A DNA stretch of 63,495 bases, the filler included, from an uncultured Thermoplasmatales archaeon (GTDB taxonomy: Archaea; Thermoplasmatota; E2; DHVEG-1), in the NCBI GenBank assembly GCA_964517155.1. It is 5 parts of 5 records of this genome, joined end to end, with 100 filler letters (N's around TTAATTAATTAA, not from the genome) between each part and the next. Parts side by side here need not be neighbours in the genome. Positions count along the whole stretch, not along the records: positions 1 to 24,050 come from CAZFAZ010000072.1; 4 more parts are not named here. One strand, given 5' to 3'. A program made the translations under genes and the position numbers. Numbering within the stretch: position 1 is the stretch's first letter; each line of letters starts with the position of its first letter. Positions 1 to 10,762 of the stretch are shown piece after piece. The notes below the pieces were generated by a model. That model did no database searches. It had not been told where the DNA came from and saw only the letters and a list, made by a program, of their open reading frames with translations.

Positions 1-654
1 ATAACAGAACATGCGTCTTTTATTCATTTGTTTGTATTGTTATTTACAGTTTTTCTAGCGATAAGTATCATTGTTTTTATGTTTTTCAAAAAGAAGATAA
101 ACTTTGGTTTGAAACTATTAGTTGTTGCTTTATTGATACTGTCTATATTTCAACCATGGTGGATTCTTACAGGTGAAGAAAATAGTGTAAAAACAAGTAC
201 CACCACTATGCTTTATCCACCTAAAATGGTTACTTTAACATCTAATATGGATGCTGTTGGTGGAAGTGTAAGCATTCTTCCTGATGATTTTACAACTGTA
301 ATGGTTTTGTTATCAGCACTTGTAACATTTTCAATTGTTTTTATTTTAGTTAATTTGTTTTTAAAAGAAAGATTTAACAAAACAAAAAAAGCATTTATTT
401 TTGTTAGTTTAACCTTAATGATTTTATGTATTGGTTTATTTTATTATGCCATGTCAATGGTTGCAGAAATAGGCGTAGGCAGTTTCATGGGCTCTGGAGA
501 TATTTCAATTTCAATTCCTGGTCAAACTCAAGGCATAATTATTGCTTGCAGCTGGGGGCCAGGTATTGGTTTTATTTTGCTAATATTTTCATTGATTATT
601 TTACTTTCATCAATTTTTATAAACAAAAAATTTGACCAAAAATTTACCAAATAA
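1..654 (+). CDS. Multi-pass membrane protein, C-terminal part (5' partial)
   Basis: Frame is open from base 1; several hydrophobic segments; no recognised family. Confidence 0.7.
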   Translation: MTEHASFIHLFVLLFTVFLAISIIVFMFFKKKINFGLKLLVVALLILSIFQPWWILTGEENSVKTSTTTMLYPPKMVTLTSNMDAVGGSVSILPDDFTTVMVLLSALVTFSIVFILVNLFLKERFNKTKKAFIFVSLTLMILCIGLFYYAMSMVAEIGVGSFMGSGDISISIPGQTQGIIIACSWGPGIGFILLIFSLIILLSSIFINKKFDQKFTK

Positions 655-728
655 TTGTTTTTTAGTGAAAATTTGCATAAACGTATTATAGAAGTTGCTA
701 ACATATATATTATATAGGGGGTAAAAAG

Positions 729-1949
729 ATGAAGAAAAAAATTTTTGTATATTTTTTAGCAACAGTTTTGTTGCTGTTGCCTTTTAATGCTGTTGCAACA
801 AGTATTAACCTTCCAAATACAGACAGCTTATCAATGTGCAGTCAAGATCCTCCTGAATTAGTTATGACTAAAGAGCAATTTAACTTTTTAACTTCATATA
901 TAGAAAAAAATTTTGAAGAAGAAAACAAGCAACAAGCAAAGGATATAGTAAACAATATCGTAATTTATAACTCAGAAGAAGGTCGTTACAAAATAGATAC
1001 AAATAATCTTACAGAAGCAATCAATTTTTATAGTTACTACAAAGTTATTCCAAATGATCAACTCTTAAATGTTAATAGCAAATCTGAGCTTAAACAACTG
1101 ATAAACGAACACTGGGATTTTTCAAATAAGATATTTGGAAAGTTGATAAATGAGATAATTAACATTGTCAAACCTAAGTTAGGATGGATGTATGAACTAT
1201 TTTATCAAGGAGGAACATTATTTGTTGAAGGTGTAAATCTTTCAATTGGTTTTATAAACCAAATAGCAAATCTAAATATCGCTATTTTATTCACAAGTTT
1301 TGTCAATTTAATTGTTTATATACCAATATATTATTTTTCAGAATCAGTTAAAGATTTATTTAATCTAAATATAGAAGGTTTTCTTACTAAAATACAACAA
1401 TTTACCACAGCATTTACAACTGAATTATATGCATTAATTCAAACTGTAGAAATTATATTAGAGGCTTTTGGTCAAACATTTAAAAATCTTTTAAGTTATA
1501 CATCTAGTGTTGGAGCTTTTGTGAATTGGATAATAAACGATGATCCATGGAAAAATCAGATAACCGTAAAAGGCGTTGCAACTAACTTATTTGGTATACC
1601 ACTTGCAGGTGCAACAGTTACATGCAGAGGAATTAATACTACAACAGATAGCAATGGGAGATTTGAATTTACAATTGATCCCTCTGCAAATTCAGAGGAT
1701 TCACTTCCATCAAAAAGTTGGTATGGTCTACATAACTGCTCGATTACTATCTCAAAAGATGGCGAAGTTTTAAAAAGAACACCTGTAAAACTTTCTTATG
1801 TTTTTTCAGGTGGAGAAATACGCTGGTCCTTTTTTGTGATAAAAACAAGAAATATACAAACACCTTTAAGAGCGATTTTGTTAGAAAAATTAAACAGCAT
1901 TTTAGAAAGAATTTACAGTTTTTTGCTACATTTGCCTAAATACACATAA
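729..1949 (+). CDS. Secreted protein with C-terminal carboxypeptidase-regulatory-like beta-sandwich domain
   Basis: Signal peptide MKKK+hydrophobic stretch; TVKGVATN..G.PLAGATV....TTTDSNGRFEF motif. Confidence 0.7.
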   Translation: MKKKIFVYFLATVLLLLPFNAVATSINLPNTDSLSMCSQDPPELVMTKEQFNFLTSYIEKNFEEENKQQAKDIVNNIVIYNSEEGRYKIDTNNLTEAINFYSYYKVIPNDQLLNVNSKSELKQLINEHWDFSNKIFGKLINEIINIVKPKLGWMYELFYQGGTLFVEGVNLSIGFINQIANLNIAILFTSFVNLIVYIPIYYFSESVKDLFNLNIEGFLTKIQQFTTAFTTELYALIQTVEIILEAFGQTFKNLLSYTSSVGAFVNWIINDDPWKNQITVKGVATNLFGIPLAGATVTCRGINTTTDSNGRFEFTIDPSANSEDSLPSKSWYGLHNCSITISKDGEVLKRTPVKLSYVFSGGEIRWSFFVIKTRNIQTPLRAILLEKLNSILERIYSFLLHLPKYT

Positions 1950-1971
1950 ATTAATAAAAAATTAAATTGAT

Positions 1972-2004
1972 AAAAAAACCCAGGAGCGTCCGTAGTTCCT
2001 CCTG
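1972..2004 (-). terminator. Hairpin plus U-tract downstream of the tRNA-Gln/Glu pair
   Basis: Minus strand CAGGAG...CTCCTG stem followed by GG and a T-run. Confidence 0.45.
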
Positions 2005-2014
2005 TTGGAGTGAA

Positions 2015-2089
2015 TGCTCCCGCCGGGATTCGAACCCGGGTAGCTAGCTCGAAAGGCTAGAATGATTGGCCGGACTACACCACGGGAGC
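2015..2089 (-). tRNA. tRNA-Glu(TTC)
   Basis: Acceptor GCTCCCG/CGGGAGC; anticodon arm CTAGC-CTTTCGA-GCTAG; T-loop TTCGAAT. Confidence 0.97.
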
Positions 2090-2106
2090 AGAATGTTTTT
2101 TTTAAA

Positions 2107-2179
2107 TAGTCCCGTCCAGATTCGAACTGGAGTCGCCAGCTCCAAAGGCTGGCATGATTGACCACTACACCACGGGACT
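2107..2179 (-). tRNA. tRNA-Gln(TTG)
   Basis: Acceptor AGTCCCG/CGGGACT (archaeal A1-U72); anticodon arm CCAGC-CTTTGGA-GCTGG. Confidence 0.97.
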
Positions 2180-2276
2180 AATTAAAGGTGTTGATGTAAT
2201 GGACTGGATAAGGATTTTCCTATTTAACCTTTAATGTTAATCTTTTAAATACGATTTCATCATTTCGTATGACTAG

Positions 2277-2765
2277 ATGACTCAGGTAGATATAAAACTC
2301 CTTAATAAAATTTCCACTTTGTTAAATAAAAAAAAGCTTTCTATTTCAACTGCTGAAAGTTGCACAGGTGGTTTTATCTCACATAATCTTACAAATATAT
2401 CTGGGAGTTCAAACTATTTTGATAGAGGAATAGTAACTTATAGCAATGATTCAAAAAAAGAATTATTAAATGTTTCAAACAAGCTTTTAGAAGAACATGG
2501 CGCAGTCTCAGAGCAAGTTGCAAAAGCAATGGCTGAAAATATAAGAAAATTATCAAACACTGATATCGGATTAAGTACTACAGGTATCGCAGGCCCAAAT
2601 GGTGGAACCAAAGAAAAACCAGTAGGACTTGTATACATCGGAATTTCAACTAAAGAAAACATAATTGTTAAAAAATTTAATTTCAAAGAAGACAGAATAA
2701 AAAATAAAATAGCTACTTGTAACGCTGCATTAAATTTATTATACGAACAATTAGAAACAATGTAA
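2277..2765 (+). CDS. pncC: CinA C-terminal family protein / NMN deamidase
   Basis: AESCTGG, YSN.SK, GAVS, TGIAGP and KPVG motifs. Confidence 0.9.
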   Translation: MTQVDIKLLNKISTLLNKKKLSISTAESCTGGFISHNLTNISGSSNYFDRGIVTYSNDSKKELLNVSNKLLEEHGAVSEQVAKAMAENIRKLSNTDIGLSTTGIAGPNGGTKEKPVGLVYIGISTKENIIVKKFNFKEDRIKNKIATCNAALNLLYEQLETM

Positions 2766-2785
2766 AAATTTGTGGTGAAAAAAAA

Positions 2786-3811
2786 TTGATTGAGATAGAT
2801 GGCGGATATGGTGAAGGTGGCGGACAGATACTGAGAAATGCAGTAGCATTCTCTGTTCTTACAAATAAACCTATAACAGTTACAAATATACGCAAAAACA
2901 GATCAAATCCTGGTATAAAAGCCCAGCATTATGTAACAATTAAAAGCATCTCTGATATTTTTAATGCAGAAATAGAAGGTTTTGAAATAGGCTCCTCTGA
3001 ACTTGTTTTCAAACCAGGTAAAATAAAAGGGGGAGCATACAAATTTGATGTAGGAACCGCAGGCAGCATAACTCTTGTTTTTCAAGCAATTGTTCTTGCT
3101 TGTGCAAAATCAAAAGAGCAAATAACTGTTAGTCTTTGTGGAGGAACTGATGTTAAAGCTAGTCCTTCTTGGGATTATTTTGAAAATGTTTATATTCCTC
3201 TTATTAAAAAAATGGGTGTAACTGTTTTTCCTCAACTTTTAACCAGAGGTTATTATCCTCGTGGCGGTGGGGAAGCAATTATAACAATTAACCCTTGTGA
3301 AAAAATAAAACCTTTAAAAATATCTGATGAAGAAGAATTTAATCAGATACAAGGAAAGATAAATATCTCAAATCTATCTGAGGGTATCGCAACAAGAATT
3401 AAGCATACAATTGTTAAAAATCTTTTAAAAAACGATTTTATGGCATCAATTTCAGTTGATAAAAAAACTAGTCTTTCACCAGGTGTTGGAGCAACTCTTT
3501 GGACTGAATCTAAAAATACTATTCTTGGGTCAAGTATGATAGGTGAAAAAAATATATCTTCTGAAGAGGTAGGTCAAAGCATTACTATAAATCTTTTAAA
3601 AGAGATACAGCCTTTTGCAACGCTTGATGCTCATGCTTTTGATCAGATTTTACCTTTTATGGTTCTTGCAAAAAAGAATGGTAAATCAACATGCAGAATC
3701 AGCAGGCTTAGCAATCATGCAAGTACCAATATGTGGCTTGCAAAACAGTTTTTTGACGTTGATTTTAAAATTATGCAATCTGAAGAAAACATGTCAATAG
3801 AAGTTTTTTAA
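2786..3811 (+). CDS. rtcA: RNA 3'-terminal phosphate cyclase
   Basis: IDGGYGEGGGQILR, RGYYPRGGG, catalytic His in HAFDQ. Confidence 0.95.
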   Translation: MIEIDGGYGEGGGQILRNAVAFSVLTNKPITVTNIRKNRSNPGIKAQHYVTIKSISDIFNAEIEGFEIGSSELVFKPGKIKGGAYKFDVGTAGSITLVFQAIVLACAKSKEQITVSLCGGTDVKASPSWDYFENVYIPLIKKMGVTVFPQLLTRGYYPRGGGEAIITINPCEKIKPLKISDEEEFNQIQGKINISNLSEGIATRIKHTIVKNLLKNDFMASISVDKKTSLSPGVGATLWTESKNTILGSSMIGEKNISSEEVGQSITINLLKEIQPFATLDAHAFDQILPFMVLAKKNGKSTCRISRLSNHASTNMWLAKQFFDVDFKIMQSEENMSIEVF

Positions 3812-3846
3812 ATATATAGACAAAACATAAATAGAACCATTTTTTT

Positions 3847-4611
3847 ATGGATAATTCTATGAAAATTGCACATATATCTGATATTCATTGTAACAATGGC
3901 TATGATTTTAATGAAAAAATGTTTGATAAAGCCGCAAAACTTGTAAATAAATCTGAACCTGATATTGTTTTTATATCTGGTGATTTAACTACTTGGGGTC
4001 TTCTTTCGGAGTATAAGATTGCAAAAGAAAAACTTAATCAAATTAAAAGTAAACTTGTTATTGTACCGGGTAATCATGATGAGCGAAATCTTGGCTGGAA
4101 GCTTTTTCCGGAGTTTTTTGGTGAAACAGATTTTATTCATAGTTTTGATGATATAAATCTTGTTGGTCTTGCAAGTAGTGAACCTGATAAAGATGATGGA
4201 CGATTGGGTAGAGGTAGGCATAAAAAAATAGTTGAAGGGCTTAACGAAAATAAAACTACAATTATTGGTTTTCATCATCATGTAATCCCTGTTCCAAATA
4301 GTGGTCGAGAAACAAATATTATTGAGGATGCTGGTGAAACCCTTGATATTATCCTTAGAAATGAAATACCTTTAGTTCTTATGGGTCACAGACATGTTCC
4401 TTGGGCTGTTAAAATTCATAAAACACTTCTTGTAAATTCTGGTACTTTTAGTTGTACTCGTACTCGTGCTCATTTTGGCAATACCTTTAATATTATTGAT
4501 ATAGGTAAAGAATCAATAAAAGTCACAGTTGTAAACATTGAAAAAGAAAAACAAAACAAAATGATTGATTTTAGATTATCTGATGGTTGTTGCGTTAACA
4601 AATATTTCTAA
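3847..4611 (+). CDS. Calcineurin-like metallophosphoesterase (Icc/CpdA-like)
   Basis: DIH, GD, GNHD, HHH and GHRH motifs. Confidence 0.9.
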   Translation: MDNSMKIAHISDIHCNNGYDFNEKMFDKAAKLVNKSEPDIVFISGDLTTWGLLSEYKIAKEKLNQIKSKLVIVPGNHDERNLGWKLFPEFFGETDFIHSFDDINLVGLASSEPDKDDGRLGRGRHKKIVEGLNENKTTIIGFHHHVIPVPNSGRETNIIEDAGETLDIILRNEIPLVLMGHRHVPWAVKIHKTLLVNSGTFSCTRTRAHFGNTFNIIDIGKESIKVTVVNIEKEKQNKMIDFRLSDGCCVNKYF

Positions 4612-4696
4612 AACGTAAAATTTTGTATATACCTTATTTTTTCGTAATACTTTTCTATATAGTCTATATACCTGAATTAAAATTTCATTTATTATC

Positions 4697-5947
4697 TTGG
4701 GTGAAGAACATTTGATAGATACTGTTTGGCTTGTAATTGGCGGAGCTAGCGCTATTGCATTTTACATGGCATGGAGCATTGGTGCAAATGATGTATCAAA
4801 CTCTATGTCAACAGCTGTTGGTGCAAAAGCAATAACACATAAACAAGCAGTGATTATTGCAGGAGTCCTTGTTTTTTTAGGCGCTGTACTTGTTGGACCT
4901 CATGTATCAGAAACCATAAAATCAGAGATAATAAAAGTTGACGCAATACCGCCCAATATATTAATTTTAGGTTTTATATCTGCACTTTTAGCCGCAGCTA
5001 TATGGTCTACACTTTCAACATGGAAAGAAATGCCAATATCCACAACTCACTCGATAATTGGTGCTTTAATGGGTTTTGGGATAATTGCAGGGGGCATAAA
5101 TTCAGTAAATTGGCTAAAAATTGGGTCAGTTGCAGCAAGCTGGTTGTTATCTCCAGTTTTTGGCTGCATTATTGCTTTTTTTGTTTTTAAAACGATTGTT
5201 AAGCTTATTTTTGCAAAAGAAGAGCCTGTTGGTGCTGCAAAAATCGTAGGTCCTGTGATTATTGGTATAACTGGTTTTTTAGTTTCATCTTCACTTTTGT
5301 TTAAAACATCTATAAGTAAAAATTGGAATATTTCTGATTTAGAAGGATTGCTTATTTCACTTGCGGTAGCAGTTATAGTCAGTATAATAGGTATATTTTT
5401 ATTAAGAAAAATTCAGGCTAAAAAAGAAGAAGATTATTTCACTGTTGAAAATATTTTCAGGAAATTACAAATTGCAACATCTTGTTATGTTGCATTTTCA
5501 ATTGGTGCAAATGATGTAGCAAATGCAATAGGCCCTGTTGCAGGAATTATACCTCTAGCAGAAAATGGTACGTTAAGCTCTACAACATCTATACCTTTTC
5601 AGCTGTTAATACTTGGCGGCATTGGTATTGCCATTGGTGCTATGACCTGGGGAAAACGTGTGATGAAAACTGTTGGAGAAAGAATTACAAGTCTTACTAA
5701 TACTCGTGGTTTTTCTGTTGATTTTGGTGCAGCAACAACAGTCCTTGTAGCATCTAGACTTGGTATGCCTATTTCTACATCTCATACTGTCGTTGGTGCA
5801 GTAATTGGTGTTGGTCTTGCAAAAGGTCTTGAGGCAGTTGATTTAAGTGTTATTAAAAAAATAGTTATATCCTGGGTATTGACTCTGCCAATAGCTGCAA
5901 CTACTTCGATAGGAATCTTTTTATTGTTAAAGATAATATTTATATAA
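4697..5947 (+). CDS. pit: PiT family inorganic phosphate transporter
   Basis: Two GANDV(S/A)N motifs; PISTTHS and PISTSHT. Confidence 0.95.
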   Translation: MGEEHLIDTVWLVIGGASAIAFYMAWSIGANDVSNSMSTAVGAKAITHKQAVIIAGVLVFLGAVLVGPHVSETIKSEIIKVDAIPPNILILGFISALLAAAIWSTLSTWKEMPISTTHSIIGALMGFGIIAGGINSVNWLKIGSVAASWLLSPVFGCIIAFFVFKTIVKLIFAKEEPVGAAKIVGPVIIGITGFLVSSSLLFKTSISKNWNISDLEGLLISLAVAVIVSIIGIFLLRKIQAKKEEDYFTVENIFRKLQIATSCYVAFSIGANDVANAIGPVAGIIPLAENGTLSSTTSIPFQLLILGGIGIAIGAMTWGKRVMKTVGERITSLTNTRGFSVDFGAATTVLVASRLGMPISTSHTVVGAVIGVGLAKGLEAVDLSVIKKIVISWVLTLPIAATTSIGIFLLLKIIFI

Positions 5948-5966
5948 GGTAGGTGAAAAATAAAAA

Positions 5967-6665
5967 ATGATTAAAGAAGAAGACCATTTCAGAGCGCCTT
6001 TAACTGATACTTTTAGAAGAAAATCTCCTTTTAATCAATTACTGGATCATATGTGTAAAGTTGAAGAAGGAATATCGATATTAGGCGATGGTTTGATAAA
6101 ATATTACAAGGGAGACTATAAAGGTTTTTCAGAGTTGGCAAAAAAAGTTTCAACTATCGAGCATGAAGCAGACTTAATAAAAAGTAATATCAGAAATCAT
6201 CTGCCGTCTTCGCTTCTTATGCCTGTTGATAAAGGCAGATTTTTATGGACTCTTCGTGAGCAGGACGCAATTTTAGATCATGCAGAAAACCTTGCTGAAA
6301 TGCTTGATATGAGGCATACAAATATTCCAAAAGAGCTGCAACAACTTTTTATTGATCATGTGAAACAAGTAATGGAAACAGTATGCACAATGGAAAAAGC
6401 AGTTCAGAACATAAGAGATTTAGTTGACACTGGTTTTGTCAAGCGTGAAAGAGAGCAAACAAAAGAATATATCCATAAAGTTCATGATAGCGAATGGAAA
6501 GCAGACCAAATTAGATACAAGGTAACAAGAGGAATTTATAAACTTGAGAAAAAGCTTGATCCTATAGATGTTTATCATTTGATTAAAATAGCAGATTGGG
6601 TTGATGAAATAGCAGATCATGCTGAAAATGTTGCAGATTGGCTACGCTCGATGATTGCTAAGTAA
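5967..6665 (+). CDS. DUF47/TIGR00153 PiT accessory protein (PhoU-like fold)
   Basis: IEHEAD and IADHAENVADW motifs; directly follows pit. Confidence 0.9.
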   Translation: MIKEEDHFRAPLTDTFRRKSPFNQLLDHMCKVEEGISILGDGLIKYYKGDYKGFSELAKKVSTIEHEADLIKSNIRNHLPSSLLMPVDKGRFLWTLREQDAILDHAENLAEMLDMRHTNIPKELQQLFIDHVKQVMETVCTMEKAVQNIRDLVDTGFVKREREQTKEYIHKVHDSEWKADQIRYKVTRGIYKLEKKLDPIDVYHLIKIADWVDEIADHAENVADWLRSMIAK

Positions 6666-6672
6666 AAATTTT

Positions 6673-7680
6673 TTAGTTTTCTTCGTCTACCAAGTAATTT
6701 ATTACTGTTTCAGATATATCTTCTGCATATTCACCTATTCTTCTAATGCTTTCTACTATATAGCCTATTGATATTGCAACTACTGCTTTTTGCTGTAGTG
6801 CCAGTGTATTGATTTCTTCACATAGTTTTTCTAGTTTTTGAACTGAGTCGATGTTTTCGTTTGAACCACGTATATCTTTTCTAAAAAATGAACCTATGCT
6901 TCTGTTAAATATTTCTAAGGAAAGGCTGCTTGCAGTCTGAATTTTATCAAGTATTTTTTGATTTTGTTTAGTTGTATTTAAGTTTTGTATGTTTTTTGCT
7001 ATTCTTACAACGTGATCTCCTATGCGCTCTATTATTCTACTTATCAAAAAATATGTTGATGAAAGACTTATTGTTATATCCATTTTTTCTGCAAGGCTTA
7101 CATTTTGCAGTATCATATTGTATTGTCTTGCTACAAGCCAATGCAGCCTATCGACTTCTGTATCTCTTAGCATTATCTCGTCTGCTAGTTCGTTATCACA
7201 TGTTTTTAGTGCTTTTATTGCATCTTCATTCATGCTTTTAACAATTATCTGCATTCTTTTAATGGTTCTATCCAAGGGCATTTCTGTTGGGTTGAGTAAG
7301 TCTTTAAGTATTATTGTATTATCAGTTTCTTCTACTATTTCTTGACCTATTATTGCTTGTGTAAATACTCTTATTGTATTTCTTATATCAGTAGGCATTC
7401 TTTTTGGAGATTTTATTTTAATAGATGTGTATCCTGCTATGTATGCACCGATTAGTCTTCGTAGTAGATATGTTTGTTTAGGAATTTTGCTTATATCAAA
7501 TTCTTTTAGTTTGTATTGTTTTTCTTGTGTCATTTTTGAAGTAATAAGTAGTGTTCCATCTGATTGTTTATATAGTCCTACGGGATCATTTTTTTTGATA
7601 TTTGATACTTTTATCCATTCTTTTGGCAGTGTTATTATATACGATGATCCGCCGGTCATTTGTACTCTTCTGATTTCCAT
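6673..7680 (-). CDS. Archaeal phosphate uptake regulator (AbrB-like DNA-binding domain plus PhoU domains)
   Basis: MEIRRVQMTGGSSYIITLPKEW N-terminus; EVDRL and ERIGDH PhoU motifs. Confidence 0.9.
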   Translation of the reverse strand: MEIRRVQMTGGSSYIITLPKEWIKVSNIKKNDPVGLYKQSDGTLLITSKMTQEKQYKLKEFDISKIPKQTYLLRRLIGAYIAGYTSIKIKSPKRMPTDIRNTIRVFTQAIIGQEIVEETDNTIILKDLLNPTEMPLDRTIKRMQIIVKSMNEDAIKALKTCDNELADEIMLRDTEVDRLHWLVARQYNMILQNVSLAEKMDITISLSSTYFLISRIIERIGDHVVRIAKNIQNLNTTKQNQKILDKIQTASSLSLEIFNRSIGSFFRKDIRGSNENIDSVQKLEKLCEEINTLALQQKAVVAISIGYIVESIRRIGEYAEDISETVINYLVDEEN

Positions 7681-7724
7681 TATAAAACCTCGGCCCCTAA
7701 ATAATAATTATATTATTAAATTTT

Positions 7725-7796
7725 ACCATATTTCTATATATTCATATATTGTCTATATATAAAAATATAGTATATGTAGACAAAGTATATATTTAA
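7725..7796. promoter_or_regulatory. Divergent promoter region with repeated TCTATAT/ATATAG motifs (candidate Pho boxes)
   Basis: TCTATAT at 7733 and 7752, inverted ATATAG at 7765, TATA-like TTTAAAT near 7792. Confidence 0.5.
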
Positions 7797-7824
7797 ATAC
7801 CAAAATTGCGAAAAACGATGAAAA

Positions 7825-8682
7825 ATGAGTAGAAAAAACAATAAAAAAATAGGTAAAATGACGCTAGTAGTTGTCTTATCACTTGCTATCGCTGCGGTTA
7901 TCTTAAGTGGATGTACGGGTAGCAATAACGATGGAAACACAGAAATACAAACTTTAATAGTTGATGGATCAACTACAGTATTTCCTATAGCCCAATCAAC
8001 AGCAGATGAATATATGGATCAGCATGAAAATGTCGATATTCAGGTTACGGGAACTGGTTCTAGTAATGGAATATCTGCAGTAAGCAGCGGTTCAGCTGGC
8101 ATAGGTATGGCTTCAAGAGAGCTAAAGTCAACAGAACCAGCATTAGAAAAACATGTTGTAGCAAAAGATGGTATAGCCATAATTGTTCATAAAACCAATA
8201 CCGTAACACAACTAACAACAGAACAAGTAAAAGGCATATATAACGGAACTTATACAAATTGGAATCAATTAGACGGAAACGATGCAGAAATTGTTGTAGT
8301 AGGAAGAGATAGTGCATCTGGTACAAGAGAGTTTTTCTATGAGCATGTTATGGGAAAAGAAGAATTTGTCTCAACAATGCTTGAAAAGAATTCTAACGGT
8401 GCAGTTCACTCAACGGTTTCTACAACACCTGGGGCAATAGGATATGTAGGTCTTGGGTATGTTGATGATGAAATAAGCGCATTATCTATTTATAATGAAG
8501 ACGAAGCAAGTTATATAGAACCAACTGTACAAAACGTATTAGATAAGAAATACCCAATTTATAGAGATCTAAATATGTTTACAGATGGGCCTGCAACAGG
8601 GCTTGCGAAAGAGTTCATCGACTTTATACAAAGTGATGAAGGACAAGAAATAGTAACTAAAGCAGGCTTTGTCCCTATATAG
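7825..8682 (+). CDS. pstS: Phosphate ABC transporter substrate-binding lipoprotein
   Basis: Lipobox LSGC; DGSTTV, GTGSS.G and R...SGTR motifs. Confidence 0.95.
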   Translation: MSRKNNKKIGKMTLVVVLSLAIAAVILSGCTGSNNDGNTEIQTLIVDGSTTVFPIAQSTADEYMDQHENVDIQVTGTGSSNGISAVSSGSAGIGMASRELKSTEPALEKHVVAKDGIAIIVHKTNTVTQLTTEQVKGIYNGTYTNWNQLDGNDAEIVVVGRDSASGTREFFYEHVMGKEEFVSTMLEKNSNGAVHSTVSTTPGAIGYVGLGYVDDEISALSIYNEDEASYIEPTVQNVLDKKYPIYRDLNMFTDGPATGLAKEFIDFIQSDEGQEIVTKAGFVPI

Positions 8683-8789
8683 ATTAATGAAAAATAAAGA
8701 GTAAAAGAGAATATAAAAACATCTTTTTCTCTTAATATTTTTTTATTTTTTATTCGTTATAAAAAAGAGGCTGGGGAGAAATCAGATTA

Positions 8790-10754
8790 ATGAAACTAAA
8801 ACTATCGCAGATAGTGAATACTCTTTTACATTTAAATAAAAAAAATAGCAAAGAAAAAAGTATAAAAATATTGCTATTTCTAAGTGCAATAGTAGCAGTT
8901 GTAGTAATATTTTCAATTTTATTATATTTATTTATCCAAGCATCTCCTGCTTTTAGTGAAATAGGCATATGGAATTTTATAGGCGGACTTAATTGGAAAC
9001 CACAATTATATGAAACTATTGGTGCAGAAAATGCATTTGGTGCTCTTCCTTTAATAGCAGGATCACTAATATGTACGCTAGGCGCCATGATTATCGCCGT
9101 TCCATTAAGCATTGGCACAGCAATTTTTATTTCAGAACTAGCACCTCCGAGGATAAAATCGTTAGCTAAACCTATTGTTGAACTACTGGCAGGGATTCCT
9201 TCAGTGGTGTATGGTTTCTTTGGATTAATTGTACTCGTTAATTTTTTTAGAGTCAGTTTTAATGTTGCTTCTGGTGAAGGATGGTTTGCTGGAGCTTTTT
9301 TACTTGGGATAATGGCACTTCCAACAATTACTAGTGTTGCTGAAGATGCAATAAGTTCAGTTCCAAGGCATTACAAAGAAGGTAGCCTTGCTCTGGGTGC
9401 AACAAAATGGCAGACCATCAGTAAAGTAATATTCCCCGCTTCATTATCAGGTATAACAGCAGCTATAATTCTTGGTATGGGAAGAGCCATTGGAGAAACC
9501 ATGGCAGTTATGATGGTTACTGGAAACACAGCATTGATACCCGCTATTACTAATCCTTTTTCAACTGTTAAAACTCTAACCGGTGCAATTGCTATTGAAA
9601 TGGGAGAAGCCCCAGGTGGGTCTATTTGGCAGCATTCATTGTTTGGCCTAGCCTTTATATTATTGGTAATTACTCTCATAATAAACATTTCTTCGAATAT
9701 CATATTGAAAAAATTAAAAGAAAAACATATGGCTGCAACAGCCCCGTCAAAGAAAAAAATATTTAAAAAAGATATTTTTGAAAAATTAAAAGAAAAATCA
9801 AATACGATAATCATTGCAATTGGTTTAATAGCACTACTTTTTATCTTTGGTATTTTAACAACAATTATTATAGGTTTATTCATCTTAACTTTTTATTTTG
9901 TTAAAAAAAGAATTAACCCAAAAAACTCTCAACGTATCGCGTTTGGGCTGATTACTTTATCAATTATAATAGTAATATTTATTCTCGGAGTAATACTTTG
10001 GGATATAGTTAGCAATGGAATAGGTGCACTTAGTTGGGAGTTTCTTACTCAAGTACCAAAAGATTTAGGTAGATCTGGAGGAATATTTCCAGCAATAGTT
10101 GGAACTTTTTATTTAGCACTAGGTGCAATCGCAATAGCATTACCAATAGGTGTTTTTTCAGCGATATATCTAACAGAATATACTAAAGAAGGGAAAATAA
10201 CAAAATTAATCAGGGTGGGTGCAGATTTATTAAACGGGACACCTTCAATTGTTTTTGGATTGTTTGGTTTTGCATTTTTAGTCCTTGCTTTAGGTTGGGG
10301 CAGATGTTTATTAGCTGGACAAGTAGCACTTGGATTTATGATTCTACCAACAATTATCAGAACCACTGAAGAGGCTATAAGATGTGTACCAGATTCTATG
10401 CGAGAAGGCAGCTACGCATTAGGTGCAACAAAATGGCAGACTGTTAAAAGAGTTGTATTGCCACCCGCCTTACCAGGCATATTAACAGGATCAATTTTAG
10501 GCCTTGGCAGAGCTGCTGGAGAAACTGCCCCAATCATGTTTACTGCAGTAATCTTTTCATCTAGATTTTTACCAACAGACGTATTCAGACCGGTAATGGC
10601 TTTACCTTATCATTTATATTTACTTGCCACTACTATTCCTAATTCAAAAACTCAACAGTACGGTACTGCATTAGTCTTGCTAATAGTTGTTATTATATTG
10701 TATATGGCTGCAATAATTCTTAGAGATAGATATAAGAAAAAAATGAAATGGTGA
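8790..10754 (+). CDS. pstA: Fused phosphate ABC permease PstC-PstA
   Basis: Two permease domains in one ORF (LAGIPSVVYG...RAIGETMA and LNGTPSIVFG...RAAGETAP). Confidence 0.93.
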   Translation: MKLKLSQIVNTLLHLNKKNSKEKSIKILLFLSAIVAVVVIFSILLYLFIQASPAFSEIGIWNFIGGLNWKPQLYETIGAENAFGALPLIAGSLICTLGAMIIAVPLSIGTAIFISELAPPRIKSLAKPIVELLAGIPSVVYGFFGLIVLVNFFRVSFNVASGEGWFAGAFLLGIMALPTITSVAEDAISSVPRHYKEGSLALGATKWQTISKVIFPASLSGITAAIILGMGRAIGETMAVMMVTGNTALIPAITNPFSTVKTLTGAIAIEMGEAPGGSIWQHSLFGLAFILLVITLIINISSNIILKKLKEKHMAATAPSKKKIFKKDIFEKLKEKSNTIIIAIGLIALLFIFGILTTIIIGLFILTFYFVKKRINPKNSQRIAFGLITLSIIIVIFILGVILWDIVSNGIGALSWEFLTQVPKDLGRSGGIFPAIVGTFYLALGAIAIALPIGVFSAIYLTEYTKEGKITKLIRVGADLLNGTPSIVFGLFGFAFLVLALGWGRCLLAGQVALGFMILPTIIRTTEEAIRCVPDSMREGSYALGATKWQTVKRVVLPPALPGILTGSILGLGRAAGETAPIMFTAVIFSSRFLPTDVFRPVMALPYHLYLLATTIPNSKTQQYGTALVLLIVVIILYMAAIILRDRYKKKMKW

Positions 10755-10762
10755 TCTAAAAA

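Noticed and set aside
1962..2165. ORFs spanning tRNA genes (also 36719..36922)
   Set aside because: Fully explained by tRNA sequence or linker
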